From: an uncultured Clostridia bacterium | Lineage (GTDB): Bacteria; Bacillota; Clostridia; Oscillospirales; Ruminococcaceae | Assembly (NCBI GenBank): GCA_946498095.1 | Contig: CAMMMX010000018.1 | Span: 765-64,764 of the forward strand | DNA: 64,000 bases | Direction of reading: 5' to 3' | Shown here: piece by piece, positions 45,424 to 55,597 of the stretch | How the letters are laid out: each line of letters begins with the position of its first letter | Numbering within the stretch: position 1 is the stretch's first letter | Position numbers and translations under genes: made by a program | The notes under the pieces: model-generated | Told to the model about the DNA's origin: nothing | The model's database searches: none | Seen by the model: only the letters and a program-made list of their open reading frames with translations

Positions 45424-45996
45424 TTGAGGCAGATTATACTGGCTTCGGCCTCGCCCCGCCGACGAGAGCTTCTCCGGCGGATCTTCCCGCGTTTTGATGT
45501 AGTCGTGTCCGGAGCGGAGGAGAGAGCCCAGGCGGGGGTATCTCCGCAGGAGACGGCATATTCCCTTGCGCGATTAAAATGCGAAAGTGTTGCGCAGAGA
45601 TACCCCCGCGCGCTTGTCATTGGCTGTGATACCGTCGTCGCAGTGGACGGGCAGATGTTGGGCAAGCCGGCGTCGGGGCAGGAGGCGTTTGAGATGCTGC
45701 GTCTGCTGTCAGGGCGTGAGCATCTGGTGCATACCGGCGTATTCGTCTGTGAAGAGGGAAATGGGGAAGGCTTTTGCGAGACGTCGGTAGTACGTTTTCT
45801 GCCGATGTCAGATTCGGAAATTTGGGAGTACGTCGCAACAGGGGAACCGATGGACAAGGCAGGTGCTTACGGGATCCAGGGCCTGGGGGGGCGCTATGCA
45901 AAGCTGTCGCAGGGCGATTTCGATAATGTCGTGGGATTGCCGGTGACGCGTTTGCAGGGCTTTTTGGAAGAAAAATATCACCATGTCCTTTTGTAA
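45424..45996 (+). CDS. maf: Maf-like nucleoside triphosphate pyrophosphatase
   Basis: ILASASPRRRELL, GCDTVV and DKAGAYGIQG. TTG start behind a GGAGGGG RBS. Confidence 0.85.
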   Translation: MRQIILASASPRRRELLRRIFPRFDVVVSGAEERAQAGVSPQETAYSLARLKCESVAQRYPRALVIGCDTVVAVDGQMLGKPASGQEAFEMLRLLSGREHLVHTGVFVCEEGNGEGFCETSVVRFLPMSDSEIWEYVATGEPMDKAGAYGIQGLGGRYAKLSQGDFDNVVGLPVTRLQGFLEEKYHHVLL

Positions 45997-46047
45997 TGGT
46001 TTTCCGGATTTGGGCAAAAAAATATCAAAAATGTAACAGTTGAACTA

Positions 46048-46076
46048 TTGAGAATTTGCGTGAAAAAGGTTATAAT
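46048..46076 (+). promoter_or_regulatory. sigma-A promoter of mreB
   Basis: TTGAGA (46048-46053), 17 nt, TATAAT (46071-46076). Confidence 0.6.
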
Positions 46077-46193
46077 AGGATAGATTACTGTGATTTTTGC
46101 TGCGCCGTGCGCCTGGAATGCCCAAAATATGGACAAACCTGCATAATGCGGCTGCGATCACGATAGAATGATCTGTAAATGGAGGCGCGATTC

Positions 46194-47201
46194 ATGTTTT
46201 CTAGGGATATCGGGATTGACCTGGGTACTGCGAATACCCTGGTTTTTATGAAAGGTAAAGGCATTATCATCCGTGAGCCATCCGTTGTGGCGGTGGACAC
46301 AAGGACCGACCGCGTTCGTTACGTCGGGCAGGAGGCGAAGGACGTCATCGGTAGGACGCCCGGTTCGATTGTAGCGGTTCGCCCACTCAAGGACGGTGTC
46401 ATTGCCGACTTTGACATCACCATCAGCATGTTGCAGGAGTTTATAAAAAAAGCGCTGAACAAATCTTTTATGACCAAGGCGCGTGTGATCATCTGCATCC
46501 CTTCCGGCGTAACGGCAGTGGAACGGCGTGCGGTGAAGGAGGCAGCGCAGCTGGCAGGCGCGAAGCGTGTTTCGATCATCGAGGAGCCGATGGCGGCCGC
46601 TATCGGTGCGGGTCTGCCGGTTGCGGAACCAACGGGCAACATGGTTGTGGACATCGGCGGCGGAACCAGTGAGGTGGCCGTCATCTCCCTGGGTGGAATT
46701 GTTGCGTCGCGTTCGGTACGCGTGGCGGGGGATAAGTTTGATGAGGCAATCATTGCCTATATCAAGAAAAAATACAACCTGCTCATCGGTGAGCGGACAG
46801 CGGAGAACATTAAAGTGAACATCGCTACAGCCTTCCCCGTTGATGTAGAGGAAAGCATGCAGATTAAGGGACGTAATCTGCTCAACGGATTGCCGGAGAA
46901 CTGCACCATTCAGTCCAGCGAGGTGCGGCAGGCTATTGAGGAGCCACTGTCTCAGATTGTTGACGCAATTAAGGTGACGCTGGAAAAGACGCCGCCGGAG
47001 CTTGCAGCGGACATTATCGATCAGGGCATTATGCTCACTGGCGGCGGCGCTCTGCTGAAGGGGCTGGACAGGCTGGTCGCACAGGAGACGGGCATTCCGG
47101 TTTACGTCGCAGAAAACCCGCTGGATTGCGTCGCGGATGGGACCGGTATGGTATTGGAAAATATCGACAAGCTGCATGACGTTCTGGCGGACGACGACTA
47201 A
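46194..47201 (+). CDS. mreB: rod shape-determining protein MreB
   Basis: Actin-fold motifs [37 protein letters not shown] and [14 protein letters not shown] 46194 behind a GGAGG RBS. Confidence 0.95.
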   Translation: MFSRDIGIDLGTANTLVFMKGKGIIIREPSVVAVDTRTDRVRYVGQEAKDVIGRTPGSIVAVRPLKDGVIADFDITISMLQEFIKKALNKSFMTKARVIICIPSGVTAVERRAVKEAAQLAGAKRVSIIEEPMAAAIGAGLPVAEPTGNMVVDIGGGTSEVAVISLGGIVASRSVRVAGDKFDEAIIAYIKKKYNLLIGERTAENIKVNIATAFPVDVEESMQIKGRNLLNGLPENCTIQSSEVRQAIEEPLSQIVDAIKVTLEKTPPELAADIIDQGIMLTGGGALLKGLDRLVAQETGIPVYVAENPLDCVADGTGMVLENIDKLHDVLADDD

Positions 47202-47314
47202 AGGAGCACCCGGAAAGGGATGCGAAATTGAGGAAGGGAAAAGGCAGGCGGTATGCCCTGCCTTTTTTGATACAGTAAGCATCGGTAGACGGAGCGGGAG
47301 GGACATCACGCGCG

Positions 47315-48196
47315 ATGAAGGACTTCTTTTCCAGTAAAAAGTTTAAAATCCTGATGGCAGTGGCGGCCCTGCTGATCGGGTTTATGATATATGCTGCCGT
47401 CAATATCGATTGGGGCCATTTTGGATCCGATGCAATTGGAGCCATTACCGCTCCGTTCCAAAAGCTGTCGGCGACGATTTCAAAAGCCGCTAACGATTTC
47501 TTTGACCGCTTTATCAATTATGATAAGTATTTCAAGGAAAACCAGACGTTGCGCGACAAGGTCAACGAACTGACCGGCAAGCTGGTGGACTATGAGGAGC
47601 TTCAGCGGGAAAACGAGCAGCTGAGGGAAATCCTAGGCCTGAAGGAAGAGCATGCCGATTTTGAGTTTTCTGCACCGGCCGATGTGATCGGCCGCGAACC
47701 AAACGACCCCTTTGCCACCTTTACGATCGACAAGGGATCGCTTCACGGCCTGGAGCTGTATGATCCGGTTATTACAAAAGATGGTCTGGTCGGATGGATC
47801 AGCGAGGTGAGCTATACCTCCGCCAAGGTTTGTACCATCCTCAATCCAGAGATGAAAATCGGCTGCTACGACGTGGAATCGGCGGAGATCGGCGTACTCA
47901 AAGGAGATCCGGAACTGGCCGAAGAAGGCAGGGTGCGCTTGGCCCACCTGCCTCGTAATGCTGATACGGTCAAGCCGGGGGCTACCATCGCAACTTCCGG
48001 AACAAGCGGACTGTTCCCCAAAGGCCTGGTGGTCGGGGAAGTGGAGCAGGTACATGAGGATGAACAGGGTATCTCGATGTATGCCGTCGTGAAGCCGGCC
48101 TGCAATGTAGCGGAGATCAACAGTGTATTTGTGCTGACGGACTTTTTCGGTAAGGTGGATTACAACGCCCAGGATAGCGGGGAGGTTGGAGAATAG
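47315..48196 (+). CDS. mreC: rod shape-determining protein MreC
   Basis: N-terminal TM segment, coiled coil (NQTLRDKVNELTGKL...LQRENEQLREIL) and beta-rich C-terminal domain (PKGLVVGEV). Confidence 0.85.
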   Translation: MKDFFSSKKFKILMAVAALLIGFMIYAAVNIDWGHFGSDAIGAITAPFQKLSATISKAANDFFDRFINYDKYFKENQTLRDKVNELTGKLVDYEELQRENEQLREILGLKEEHADFEFSAPADVIGREPNDPFATFTIDKGSLHGLELYDPVITKDGLVGWISEVSYTSAKVCTILNPEMKIGCYDVESAEIGVLKGDPELAEEGRVRLAHLPRNADTVKPGATIATSGTSGLFPKGLVVGEVEQVHEDEQGISMYAVVKPACNVAEINSVFVLTDFFGKVDYNAQDSGEVGE

Positions 48197-48723
48197 TGTC
48201 CACACCGGCGAAATTGAAATGGCGTAGCGTGGCGAAATGGGGGCTTTACGCGCTGATAGCCTTTGTGCTGTACATCCTGCAGGTTACGCCCAACGTTTTT
48301 GTCTTCTGGGGCGTCAAGCCGGATTTCTTGCTGCCTTGCGCCGTCGGGGTGGCACTTTTGGAGGGCGATTTCCGCGGGGGGCTGTTCGCCGTCGTGTGCG
48401 GGTTGCTTTATGATATGGCGTTCACCCGCTTGTTCGGCTTTAACGGACTGCTGTTTCTGACAGTATGTGTCTGTATTGGGCTTTTGTCGCTGTATTATTT
48501 CCGCCCCAACCTTATCAATTTTTTGCTTTTTTCCGTGACAGCCATGTTACTGGTATATTCGGTGAACTTTGTGTTCAAATACTTGATCTGGGGGTACAGC
48601 GGCGCGGGCATGTATTATGTCCGGTCGGTACTCCTGTGCGCGGCTTGGTCGCTATTGTTTTCTCCGGCGATCTATTTCGCACTACGATCGATCCATAGAC
48701 GGCTTTCCCCTTCAGAGGATTGA
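48196..48723 (+). CDS. mreD: rod shape-determining protein MreD
   Basis: 175-aa polytopic membrane protein immediately overlapping the mreC stop. Confidence 0.75.
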   Translation: MSTPAKLKWRSVAKWGLYALIAFVLYILQVTPNVFVFWGVKPDFLLPCAVGVALLEGDFRGGLFAVVCGLLYDMAFTRLFGFNGLLFLTVCVCIGLLSLYYFRPNLINFLLFSVTAMLLVYSVNFVFKYLIWGYSGAGMYYVRSVLLCAAWSLLFSPAIYFALRSIHRRLSPSED

Positions 48724-48825
48724 TGGTGCCGGAACGGGGAAACGCCGTAGCCTGATGGAAGACGCCGCAACGTCGTCCATGGGATGAGAGTGAGAATGAA
48801 ACCATGAGACCAAAGGGAGGCGTGT

Positions 48826-50856
48826 ATGAATAAACGCAGTTTCAGGATTCGGATAGGGCTGATGATCCTCCTCGTTGTAACGGTTTTCGTCCTGGGATGC
48901 ATGCGGATGATGCAATTTCAGATTGTGGAGGGCGCATATTACGCCGATCAGGCGGAAAGCCGCACCATCAGCCGGATGTCGGTGAAGGCTCCCCGCGGGG
49001 AGATAGTCGACCGGGACGGGGAACCGCTTGTCATCAACAAGACAGGGTTTAATATTTCCTTTCAGTATATTTTTATGCCGGAGGATAGCATCAATACCAC
49101 GATTCTCCAGCTCATCCAGCTGATGCAGGAGGCTGGAGAAGAATGGATTGACAATCTGCCGATCAGCAAGACCAAGCCCTATGTCTTTGACGAGGAGCAG
49201 GAAGCAGCGATCGCCCGTGTGCAGGAAAAGCTGCGGCTGAACGTTTATGCGACGGCGGAAAACTGTGTTGATGCTATTATCGAAAAGTATGAAATCAATG
49301 AGCTTGAGGGCGTGGACGATTACACCAAGCGTCTGATCGCGGGAGTGCGTTACGAGATGCTTGCCACCGATTTTTCCACCAATATCCCCTATACCTTTGC
49401 CGAGGACGTTTCTATGGAGACGGCGTCCAAAATAGAGGAGCTAGGCTTTATACTGCCCGGTGTCCGCATTGTGGAGGAGCCGATCCGAGAGTACGTCAGC
49501 GAAGATTTGGCCACCCATATCATCGGCCAGATCGGTCCCATCTATCAGGAGGAATACCAGCAGCTCAAGGAACAGGGCTATCAGATGAACGACGTGCTGG
49601 GGAAGAGCGGGATTGAGAAGGCGATGGAAGAGTATCTGCGGGGCGAGGATGGTACCATCCGTTTGGAGCAAAACAAACGCGGCGATGTGCTGGATGAGAT
49701 CGTCACCAAGGAAACCAAGCCGGGCAATACGGTCCGTCTGACCATCGATAAGGACTTTCAACAGCAGCTGAAGGATATCCTCGACCGCCATATTGCTTAT
49801 GAACGTACCACGCAGGATGGAAAGAACGCGAAGGGCGGCGCTCTTGTTGTACTGGACGTGGAAACCGGCGCCGTGTTGGGAATGGAGTCCAATCCGACCT
49901 ATAACATCAACGACTACCGCAAGAAATACAGCGAGCTTTTGCAGCGTGAGAACAATCCGCTCTTCAACCGTGCGACAGAGGGCCTGTACCGCCCGGGATC
50001 GACATTTAAGACGGTTGTCGCAACGGCGGCCTTGAATGAAGGAATACAGACGCGGACTTCAACGGTATTCTGCAACCATACCTATACCTACTATGACGAT
50101 TATCAGCCACAATGCTTGGGATGGCATCGAAATACTGCCGTAGTACATGCGCTGGAGGTGTCCTGCAATATTTACTTTTATGACACGGGACGCAGGCTGG
50201 GGATAAACCCCATCATCGACTATGCGCACAAGCTCGGCCTGGGGACGCAGAACAAGCTGGAAATCGGCGGGGCCACCGGCGCGATTTCGTCGCCCGACGA
50301 GGCCGCAAATGCCGGCGTTGACTGGTATCCCGGCGACGTGCTGCAGACTTCCATCGGGCAGTCCTATACGGCGGTGACGCCGCTGCAGATGGCGCTGCAG
50401 GCCTGCACCATCGCCAACCAAGGCGAGCTGCTTTCTCCCCACCTTGTGGAAGAGGTGATCAGCTATGACCAGACGGAAACAGTGTTGGAAAAGGGACGGG
50501 AAGTGGTGTCCTCCATCGATTCCGATTTTTACGAAAGTGTGCGCGACGGCATGATCGCTGCAGCGGGACAGCAAAGCACGCTGCGGGGATACGATGTTGC
50601 AATCAAGACCGGTACGCCCCAGGTAACGACTACCAAGTTTAATTCTGCTTTTATCGGCTTTTACCCGGCCAGCAACCCCAAGATCGCTTTTGCCGGTATT
50701 GTGGAGGAAGGACGAGCTTCGGCAAGGATGGTGCACGAAATCATCGACGCCTACCTGTCTCTTGAAAGCGATGACGGGACTGCCTCCGGTACCTCTTCAG
50801 ACGACTCTTCCAGCAGCTCGGATGCTTCGGAGCCTGAAAGCTCCTCCCAGCCATGA
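48826..50856 (+). CDS. mrdA: penicillin-binding protein 2 (elongation transpeptidase)
   Basis: 676 aa with a TM anchor, then SxxK (GSTFK), SxN (SCN) and KTG (IKTGT) motifs. Ser/Asp-rich C-terminal tail. Confidence 0.9.
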   Translation: MNKRSFRIRIGLMILLVVTVFVLGCMRMMQFQIVEGAYYADQAESRTISRMSVKAPRGEIVDRDGEPLVINKTGFNISFQYIFMPEDSINTTILQLIQLMQEAGEEWIDNLPISKTKPYVFDEEQEAAIARVQEKLRLNVYATAENCVDAIIEKYEINELEGVDDYTKRLIAGVRYEMLATDFSTNIPYTFAEDVSMETASKIEELGFILPGVRIVEEPIREYVSEDLATHIIGQIGPIYQEEYQQLKEQGYQMNDVLGKSGIEKAMEEYLRGEDGTIRLEQNKRGDVLDEIVTKETKPGNTVRLTIDKDFQQQLKDILDRHIAYERTTQDGKNAKGGALVVLDVETGAVLGMESNPTYNINDYRKKYSELLQRENNPLFNRATEGLYRPGSTFKTVVATAALNEGIQTRTSTVFCNHTYTYYDDYQPQCLGWHRNTAVVHALEVSCNIYFYDTGRRLGINPIIDYAHKLGLGTQNKLEIGGATGAISSPDEAANAGVDWYPGDVLQTSIGQSYTAVTPLQMALQACTIANQGELLSPHLVEEVISYDQTETVLEKGREVVSSIDSDFYESVRDGMIAAAGQQSTLRGYDVAIKTGTPQVTTTKFNSAFIGFYPASNPKIAFAGIVEEGRASARMVHEIIDAYLSLESDDGTASGTSSDDSSSSSDASEPESSSQP

Positions 50857-51012
50857 ATCAGCGGTTACGAATCTTTGTGGAGATTGTAATATATACGGGC
50901 AAGCGCCACTTTTTTCTGTAGAGTACTTTGACAATGGATGTTTTTGTGGTAAAATAAAAGCAGTGTCATGCGGCCTTGGGATGCCGCGGGAAAACGGATG
51001 GAGCGGATGTGA

Positions 51013-51789
51013 ATGGACGCGTCGGGAGGCAGCGCGGAGCGGCAGGACCGGATCATCGCGGTGGCGTCGGGAAAAGGCGGCGTGGGCAAGACAACGCTAA
51101 GCGTCGGGCTCGGGATTGTTCTGGCGCAGCGTGGCGCGCGGGTGCTGATCGTTGAGCTGGACTTCGGCCTGCGTGGGATCGATATCCTGCTGGGGGTGTC
51201 GGACAAGGTCGTATATGACCTGGGAGACGTCTTGAAAAGGCGTTGTAGCCTACGCAAAGCTGTGGTGGACAGCCCGCTCGCGCCGGGCTTGAGCGTCATT
51301 TGCGCACCGTCGGACGACAGTATCCGACTGGATCCGCAAGCGTTGGCGCAGTTTTGCCGTAAACTGAACGAGTATTTTGACGTGATACTACTCGATACGC
51401 CTGCGGGTTTGTACAGCCGTAAGGTGGTCAACGGTGCGGCGGACTTGCTGCTTTTGGTCACAACGCCGGATCCTGTCTGTGTGCGGGATGTCGCCGCTGT
51501 TTCGCAGCTGTATGAAGCGGATGGGCTGTCGAACCAGCGGTTGCTGATCAACCGTGCCGACCGTGCGCTGCTGCGCCATGGCGTGATGGAGGATCTTGAC
51601 GCCGTCATTGATCAGACAGGCGTGCAGCTTGTCGGCGTGATGCCCTCGGACGACGAGATCACCCTGTCGGTGGCAAAGGGCTGCGGTTTGAAAAGAAACG
51701 GGCTTGTTTACCGTGTACTGGACTGTGTTGTGCGGCGCTTGCAGGGCGAGCAGGTCCAGATCATGGGCGTACCGATACATGGATCATGA
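51013..51789 (+). CDS. minD: MinD/ParA-family ATPase (MinD-like, no recognisable C-terminal membrane-targeting helix)
   Basis: Deviant Walker A SGKGGVGKTT, then VYDLGDVL, LLDTPAG and VTTPD. Occupies the minD slot after mrdA. Confidence 0.7.
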   Translation: MDASGGSAERQDRIIAVASGKGGVGKTTLSVGLGIVLAQRGARVLIVELDFGLRGIDILLGVSDKVVYDLGDVLKRRCSLRKAVVDSPLAPGLSVICAPSDDSIRLDPQALAQFCRKLNEYFDVILLDTPAGLYSRKVVNGAADLLLLVTTPDPVCVRDVAAVSQLYEADGLSNQRLLINRADRALLRHGVMEDLDAVIDQTGVQLVGVMPSDDEITLSVAKGCGLKRNGLVYRVLDCVVRRLQGEQVQIMGVPIHGS

Positions 51790-51841
51790 ATAAAAATGAC
51801 GCCTGAAAAGAAGGCAATTTGAATATACGGAGGGATTGGTT

Positions 51842-52246
51842 ATGAATATCGCACTGATTGCACATGATGCAAAGAAAGAGCTGATGGTACAGTTTTGCAT
51901 TGCTTATTGCGGCGTTCTGAGCCGGCATCGTCTGTGCGCCACAGGTACGACAGGGCGCATGGTTTCCGAGGCGACAGGCTTGCCGGTTCAAAAGTTCCTC
52001 AGCGGTTCCCAGGGTGGCGACCAGCAGATCGCCGCGATGGTGGCCTGCAATGAAATAGATGCGCTTATTTTTTTCCGCGATCCGCTGACCGCGAAGACAG
52101 GGGAGCCGAACGAGCTAAATCTGCTGCGCCTTTGCGACGTACATAATATTCCGGTTGCGACCAATATCGCGATGGCGGAAATTTTAATTCACGGCCTTGA
52201 ACGGGGCGATCTCGATTGGCGTGATATTGTCAACCCGCGCCGTTGA
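51842..52246 (+). CDS. mgsA: methylglyoxal synthase homologue with an atypical active-site motif
   Basis: [18 protein letters not shown] and GGDQQ are conserved. The P-H-(D/E)-P-D motif reads T-G-E-P-N. ATG 51842 behind a GGAGGG RBS. Confidence 0.8.
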   Translation: MNIALIAHDAKKELMVQFCIAYCGVLSRHRLCATGTTGRMVSEATGLPVQKFLSGSQGGDQQIAAMVACNEIDALIFFRDPLTAKTGEPNELNLLRLCDVHNIPVATNIAMAEILIHGLERGDLDWRDIVNPRR

Positions 52247-52325
52247 CGTTTGTTCGGCACAGGCGGCGTCGCTGCGCTGGTACGGCACTTCCGCTGGCAG
52301 GTGCGCTTAGGCGGCGTGAATTCCG

Positions 52326-52360
52326 AAAAGGGGTTGCCGCACATGCGACAGCCCCTTTTG
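52326..52360 (+). terminator. intrinsic terminator after mgsA
   Basis: GGGGTTG...CAGCCCC stem (one G-U pair) flanked by AAAA and TTTT. Confidence 0.7.
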
Positions 52361-52402
52361 CTATTTCCGGTGCGGGGGAGAGAGGAAAGGTTATGGTGAG
52401 AT

Positions 52403-53671
52403 ATGGAAGTTAAAATAAAAGCGCCCCGGGGGACGCAGGATGTGCTGCCCGCGGAGAGCTATCAATGGCAGGAGATCGAACGTATTGTGATGGAGGAGGC
52501 GTCACGGTCGGGGTTTGCAGAAATCCGCTTCCCCACCTTTGAGGATACGGCCCTCTTTCAGCGTTCGGTTGGGGACACCACCGATGTGGTGCAGAAAGAA
52601 ATGTACACCTTTGAGGATAAAGGCAACCGAAGCGTCACCCTGCGCCCGGAGGGTACGGCGGGGACCATTCGGGCTGTATTGGAAAACGGCTTGCTCGGAT
52701 CGGCGCTGCCGCTGCGGGTGTGCTATCTGACCAGCTGTTTTCGTTATGAGAAGCCCCAGGCAGGACGTTTAAGGGAGTTCCATCAGTTTGGTGCCGAGAT
52801 GTTGGGCAGTGCAAGCCCTGTTGCAGACGCCGAGGTCATCGCGATGGTGCAGCGGATCTTGACACGTTTCGGCCTTGCTGGAGCTGTACGGCTGGAAATC
52901 AATTCAATCGGCTGTCCGAAATGCCGCGCCGATTACCACGCTGCGCTGCGCAGTTACTTTGCGCAACGCCGGGATGAGCTTTGCGCCACCTGCCAGACAC
53001 GTTTGGACAAGAACCCGATGCGTATCCTGGACTGCAAAAGCCCGGTTTGTTCGGAGATTGCTGCCGGCGCCCCGGTCGGTCTGGACTATCTGTGCGATGA
53101 ATGTGCGGCGCATTTTGACCAGCTTCAGCGGCATCTGAAAGCGTTTGGCATTGGTTACACCGTCAACCCGCGGATTGTGCGGGGACTGGATTATTATACC
53201 AAGACTGTCTTTGAATTTATCACCGATACCATCGGCGCGCAGGGAACTGTTTGCGGTGGCGGGCGCTACGATGGGCTGGTCCAGGAGCTGGGCGGCGCGC
53301 CGACACCGGCACTAGGCTTCGCGATGGGACTGGAACGCTTGCTCTTGGTGTTAAGGGCGTCCGGGTACGAATTCCAGCCAAGGGAAGTTTGTGCGCTGTA
53401 CCTGGCGTCCATGGGTGATCAGGCGCATTTGGCTGCTGCGGGACTGGCCGATGCATTGCGTCGGGCGGGTGTTCGCGCGGAATGCGACGTGATGGGGCGC
53501 AGCCTCAAGGCACAGATGAAATACGCTGACAAGATCGGCGCACGGTACACCGTGGTAATCGGGGACAGCGAGCTTGCAGCGGGGAAAGCCGCGGTGAAGG
53601 AAATGTGCAGCGGAGAAACGGCCGACTGTACGCTCAGCGCGGAGGCCCTGGCGGCATTTTTGAATCAGTGA
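52403..53671 (+). CDS. hisS: histidine--tRNA ligase
   Basis: 422 aa with class II motifs (RGTQD, CFRYEKPQAGRLREFHQFG, GGGRYD). Confidence 0.95.
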   Translation: MEVKIKAPRGTQDVLPAESYQWQEIERIVMEEASRSGFAEIRFPTFEDTALFQRSVGDTTDVVQKEMYTFEDKGNRSVTLRPEGTAGTIRAVLENGLLGSALPLRVCYLTSCFRYEKPQAGRLREFHQFGAEMLGSASPVADAEVIAMVQRILTRFGLAGAVRLEINSIGCPKCRADYHAALRSYFAQRRDELCATCQTRLDKNPMRILDCKSPVCSEIAAGAPVGLDYLCDECAAHFDQLQRHLKAFGIGYTVNPRIVRGLDYYTKTVFEFITDTIGAQGTVCGGGRYDGLVQELGGAPTPALGFAMGLERLLLVLRASGYEFQPREVCALYLASMGDQAHLAAAGLADALRRAGVRAECDVMGRSLKAQMKYADKIGARYTVVIGDSELAAGKAAVKEMCSGETADCTLSAEALAAFLNQ

Positions 53672-53687
53672 GGGAGAAGGCAGGAAC

Positions 53688-55490
53688 ATGCTTGATAGGA
53701 TGAACGGTCTGAAAAGGACGCATTATTGCGCCGAGGTTTCGGCGGAAGATATTGGAAACACTGTAGTGGTCTGCGGATTTGTCCAGAAGCAGAGGGATAA
53801 AGGCAACCTGATTTTTATCGATTTGCGCGACCGTACTGGGATTGTGCAGCTGACCTTTGATGAGACAACGGATCGGGATGTATTTGAAAAGGCCAAGGGT
53901 GTCAAGTCGGAATTTGTGTTGATGGCAAAAGGCAAGGTGCTGCGCCGTGAAAGCGTCAACCCGGATATTCCGACTGGCGAAGTCGAGATTTTTGTCGACG
54001 ACCTGCGGCTTTTATCCCGCGCTCAGACGCCGCCTTTCCCGGTATCGGACGGCGTTAAGGTCAACGAGGAGCTGCGGCTAAAGTACCGCTACCTTGATCT
54101 GCGCCGGAGCGAGATGCAGCGGAACCTGCGCATGCGTCATAAGCTTGTTAAATTAGCGCGCGACTACTACGATGAAAATGGGTTTTTGGAAATTGAAACG
54201 CCGGTGCTGATCAAGTCCACACCGGAGGGGGCGCGCGATTACCTTGTGCCGTCTCGGGTGCATCCCGGCTGTTTCTATGCGCTGCCGCAATCGCCGCAGC
54301 TGTACAAGCAGCTTTTGATGCTGTCGGGCTGTGACCGCTATATGCAGGTCGCGCGATGCTTCCGCGACGAGGATCTGCGTGCCGACCGTCAGCCGGAGTT
54401 CACCCAGATCGATCTGGAGATGAGCTTTGTGGAGGAAGACGATGTTATGGAGGTCAACGAGGGCTTTATGCAGTATATGATGAAGAAGCTGCTGGGGAAG
54501 GATATCATTCTCCCCTTGCCCCGTCTCACCTATCGCGAGGCAATGGAACGCTTCGGCTCTGATAAGCCGGATACCCGTTTCGGGTTGGAGTTGCAGGACT
54601 TGTCGGGTGTACTGAAGGGTTGCTCCTTTAAAGTGTTCGCCTCAGCGATCGAAAACGGTGGCAGCGTCCGTGCCATCAATGCCAAGGGTTTGGCCGACCA
54701 GCTGTCCCGCAAGGAAATTGACAAGCTGACCGACTTTGTCAAGACCTACCGCGCGAAAGGCTTGGCCTATACCCGCCTGACCGCAGACGCGGAAAGTTCG
54801 AGCTATGAAAAGTTCCTTTCAGAGGAGGAAAAAGCGGCGATCCGGGCGCAGATGGGGGCAGAACCCGGCGACGTCATCTTCATCATCGCGGATAAGGATG
54901 GCATCGTGTTCGATGCGCTGGGCGCGCTGCGTTGCGAACTGGCCAAACGCTTCGGCCTTATTCCGGAGGATACCGACGCGCTGCTTTGGGTGACCGACTT
55001 CCCGTTGTTTGAATACGACGAGGACAGCGGCCGTTACGTGGCCAAGCATCATCCCTTTACTGCGCCCAAGGACGAGGATGTTGATATCATCCTGACCGAT
55101 CCGGGGAAAGCACGCGCCAAGGCGTACGATATGGTCATGAACGGTTACGAAATTGGTGGCGGGTCGATTCGTATCAGCGATCCGCAGCTTCAGAAAAAGA
55201 TGTTTGAGGCACTGGGCTTTAGCGAGGACGAGGCACAGAAGCGGTTTGGCTTCCTCATTGACGCTTTCTCATACGGTGCGCCGCCACATGGCGGGATGGC
55301 GTTTGGTCTGGACCGGTTGGTCATGGTTGCACTCGGCATCGACAATATCAAGGAGGTCATCGCATTCCCCAAGGTACAGAACGCTAGCGAGTTGATGACC
55401 CGCTGTCCGGCCCCGGTCGACGAGGAACAGCTTGCCGAGCTGTCCATCTGTTGTACAGTTGAGGCTGAAGAGACAGAGGAATCGCGATAA
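53688..55490 (+). CDS. aspS: aspartate--tRNA ligase
   Basis: 600 aa with an OB-fold N-terminus, FRDEDLRADRQPEFTQID, GGGSIRI and GLDRLVM. Confidence 0.95.
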   Translation: MLDRMNGLKRTHYCAEVSAEDIGNTVVVCGFVQKQRDKGNLIFIDLRDRTGIVQLTFDETTDRDVFEKAKGVKSEFVLMAKGKVLRRESVNPDIPTGEVEIFVDDLRLLSRAQTPPFPVSDGVKVNEELRLKYRYLDLRRSEMQRNLRMRHKLVKLARDYYDENGFLEIETPVLIKSTPEGARDYLVPSRVHPGCFYALPQSPQLYKQLLMLSGCDRYMQVARCFRDEDLRADRQPEFTQIDLEMSFVEEDDVMEVNEGFMQYMMKKLLGKDIILPLPRLTYREAMERFGSDKPDTRFGLELQDLSGVLKGCSFKVFASAIENGGSVRAINAKGLADQLSRKEIDKLTDFVKTYRAKGLAYTRLTADAESSSYEKFLSEEEKAAIRAQMGAEPGDVIFIIADKDGIVFDALGALRCELAKRFGLIPEDTDALLWVTDFPLFEYDEDSGRYVAKHHPFTAPKDEDVDIILTDPGKARAKAYDMVMNGYEIGGGSIRISDPQLQKKMFEALGFSEDEAQKRFGFLIDAFSYGAPPHGGMAFGLDRLVMVALGIDNIKEVIAFPKVQNASELMTRCPAPVDEEQLAELSICCTVEAEETEESR

Positions 55491-55541
55491 TACAAATCGG
55501 AATATAGATGCATTTAAATACATATGGTATTGGAGCGCTGT

Positions 55542-55571
55542 CAATCGGGCGGACAACCGTCCGCCTGATTG
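55542..55571 (+). terminator. hairpin after aspS (weak U-tract)
   Basis: 13-bp stem CAATCGGGCGGAC / GTCCGCCTGATTG with one G-U pair, followed by TATATAG. Confidence 0.4.
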
Positions 55572-55597
55572 TATATAGATGAAAGGGGATTGTACAT

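Noticed and set aside
52247-52402. Possible T-box leader upstream of hisS-aspS
   Set aside because: Only ~155 nt is available, and most of it is the mgsA terminator hairpin. I could not find a specifier-loop, T-box (AGGGUGGNACCGCG-like) or antiterminator arrangement.
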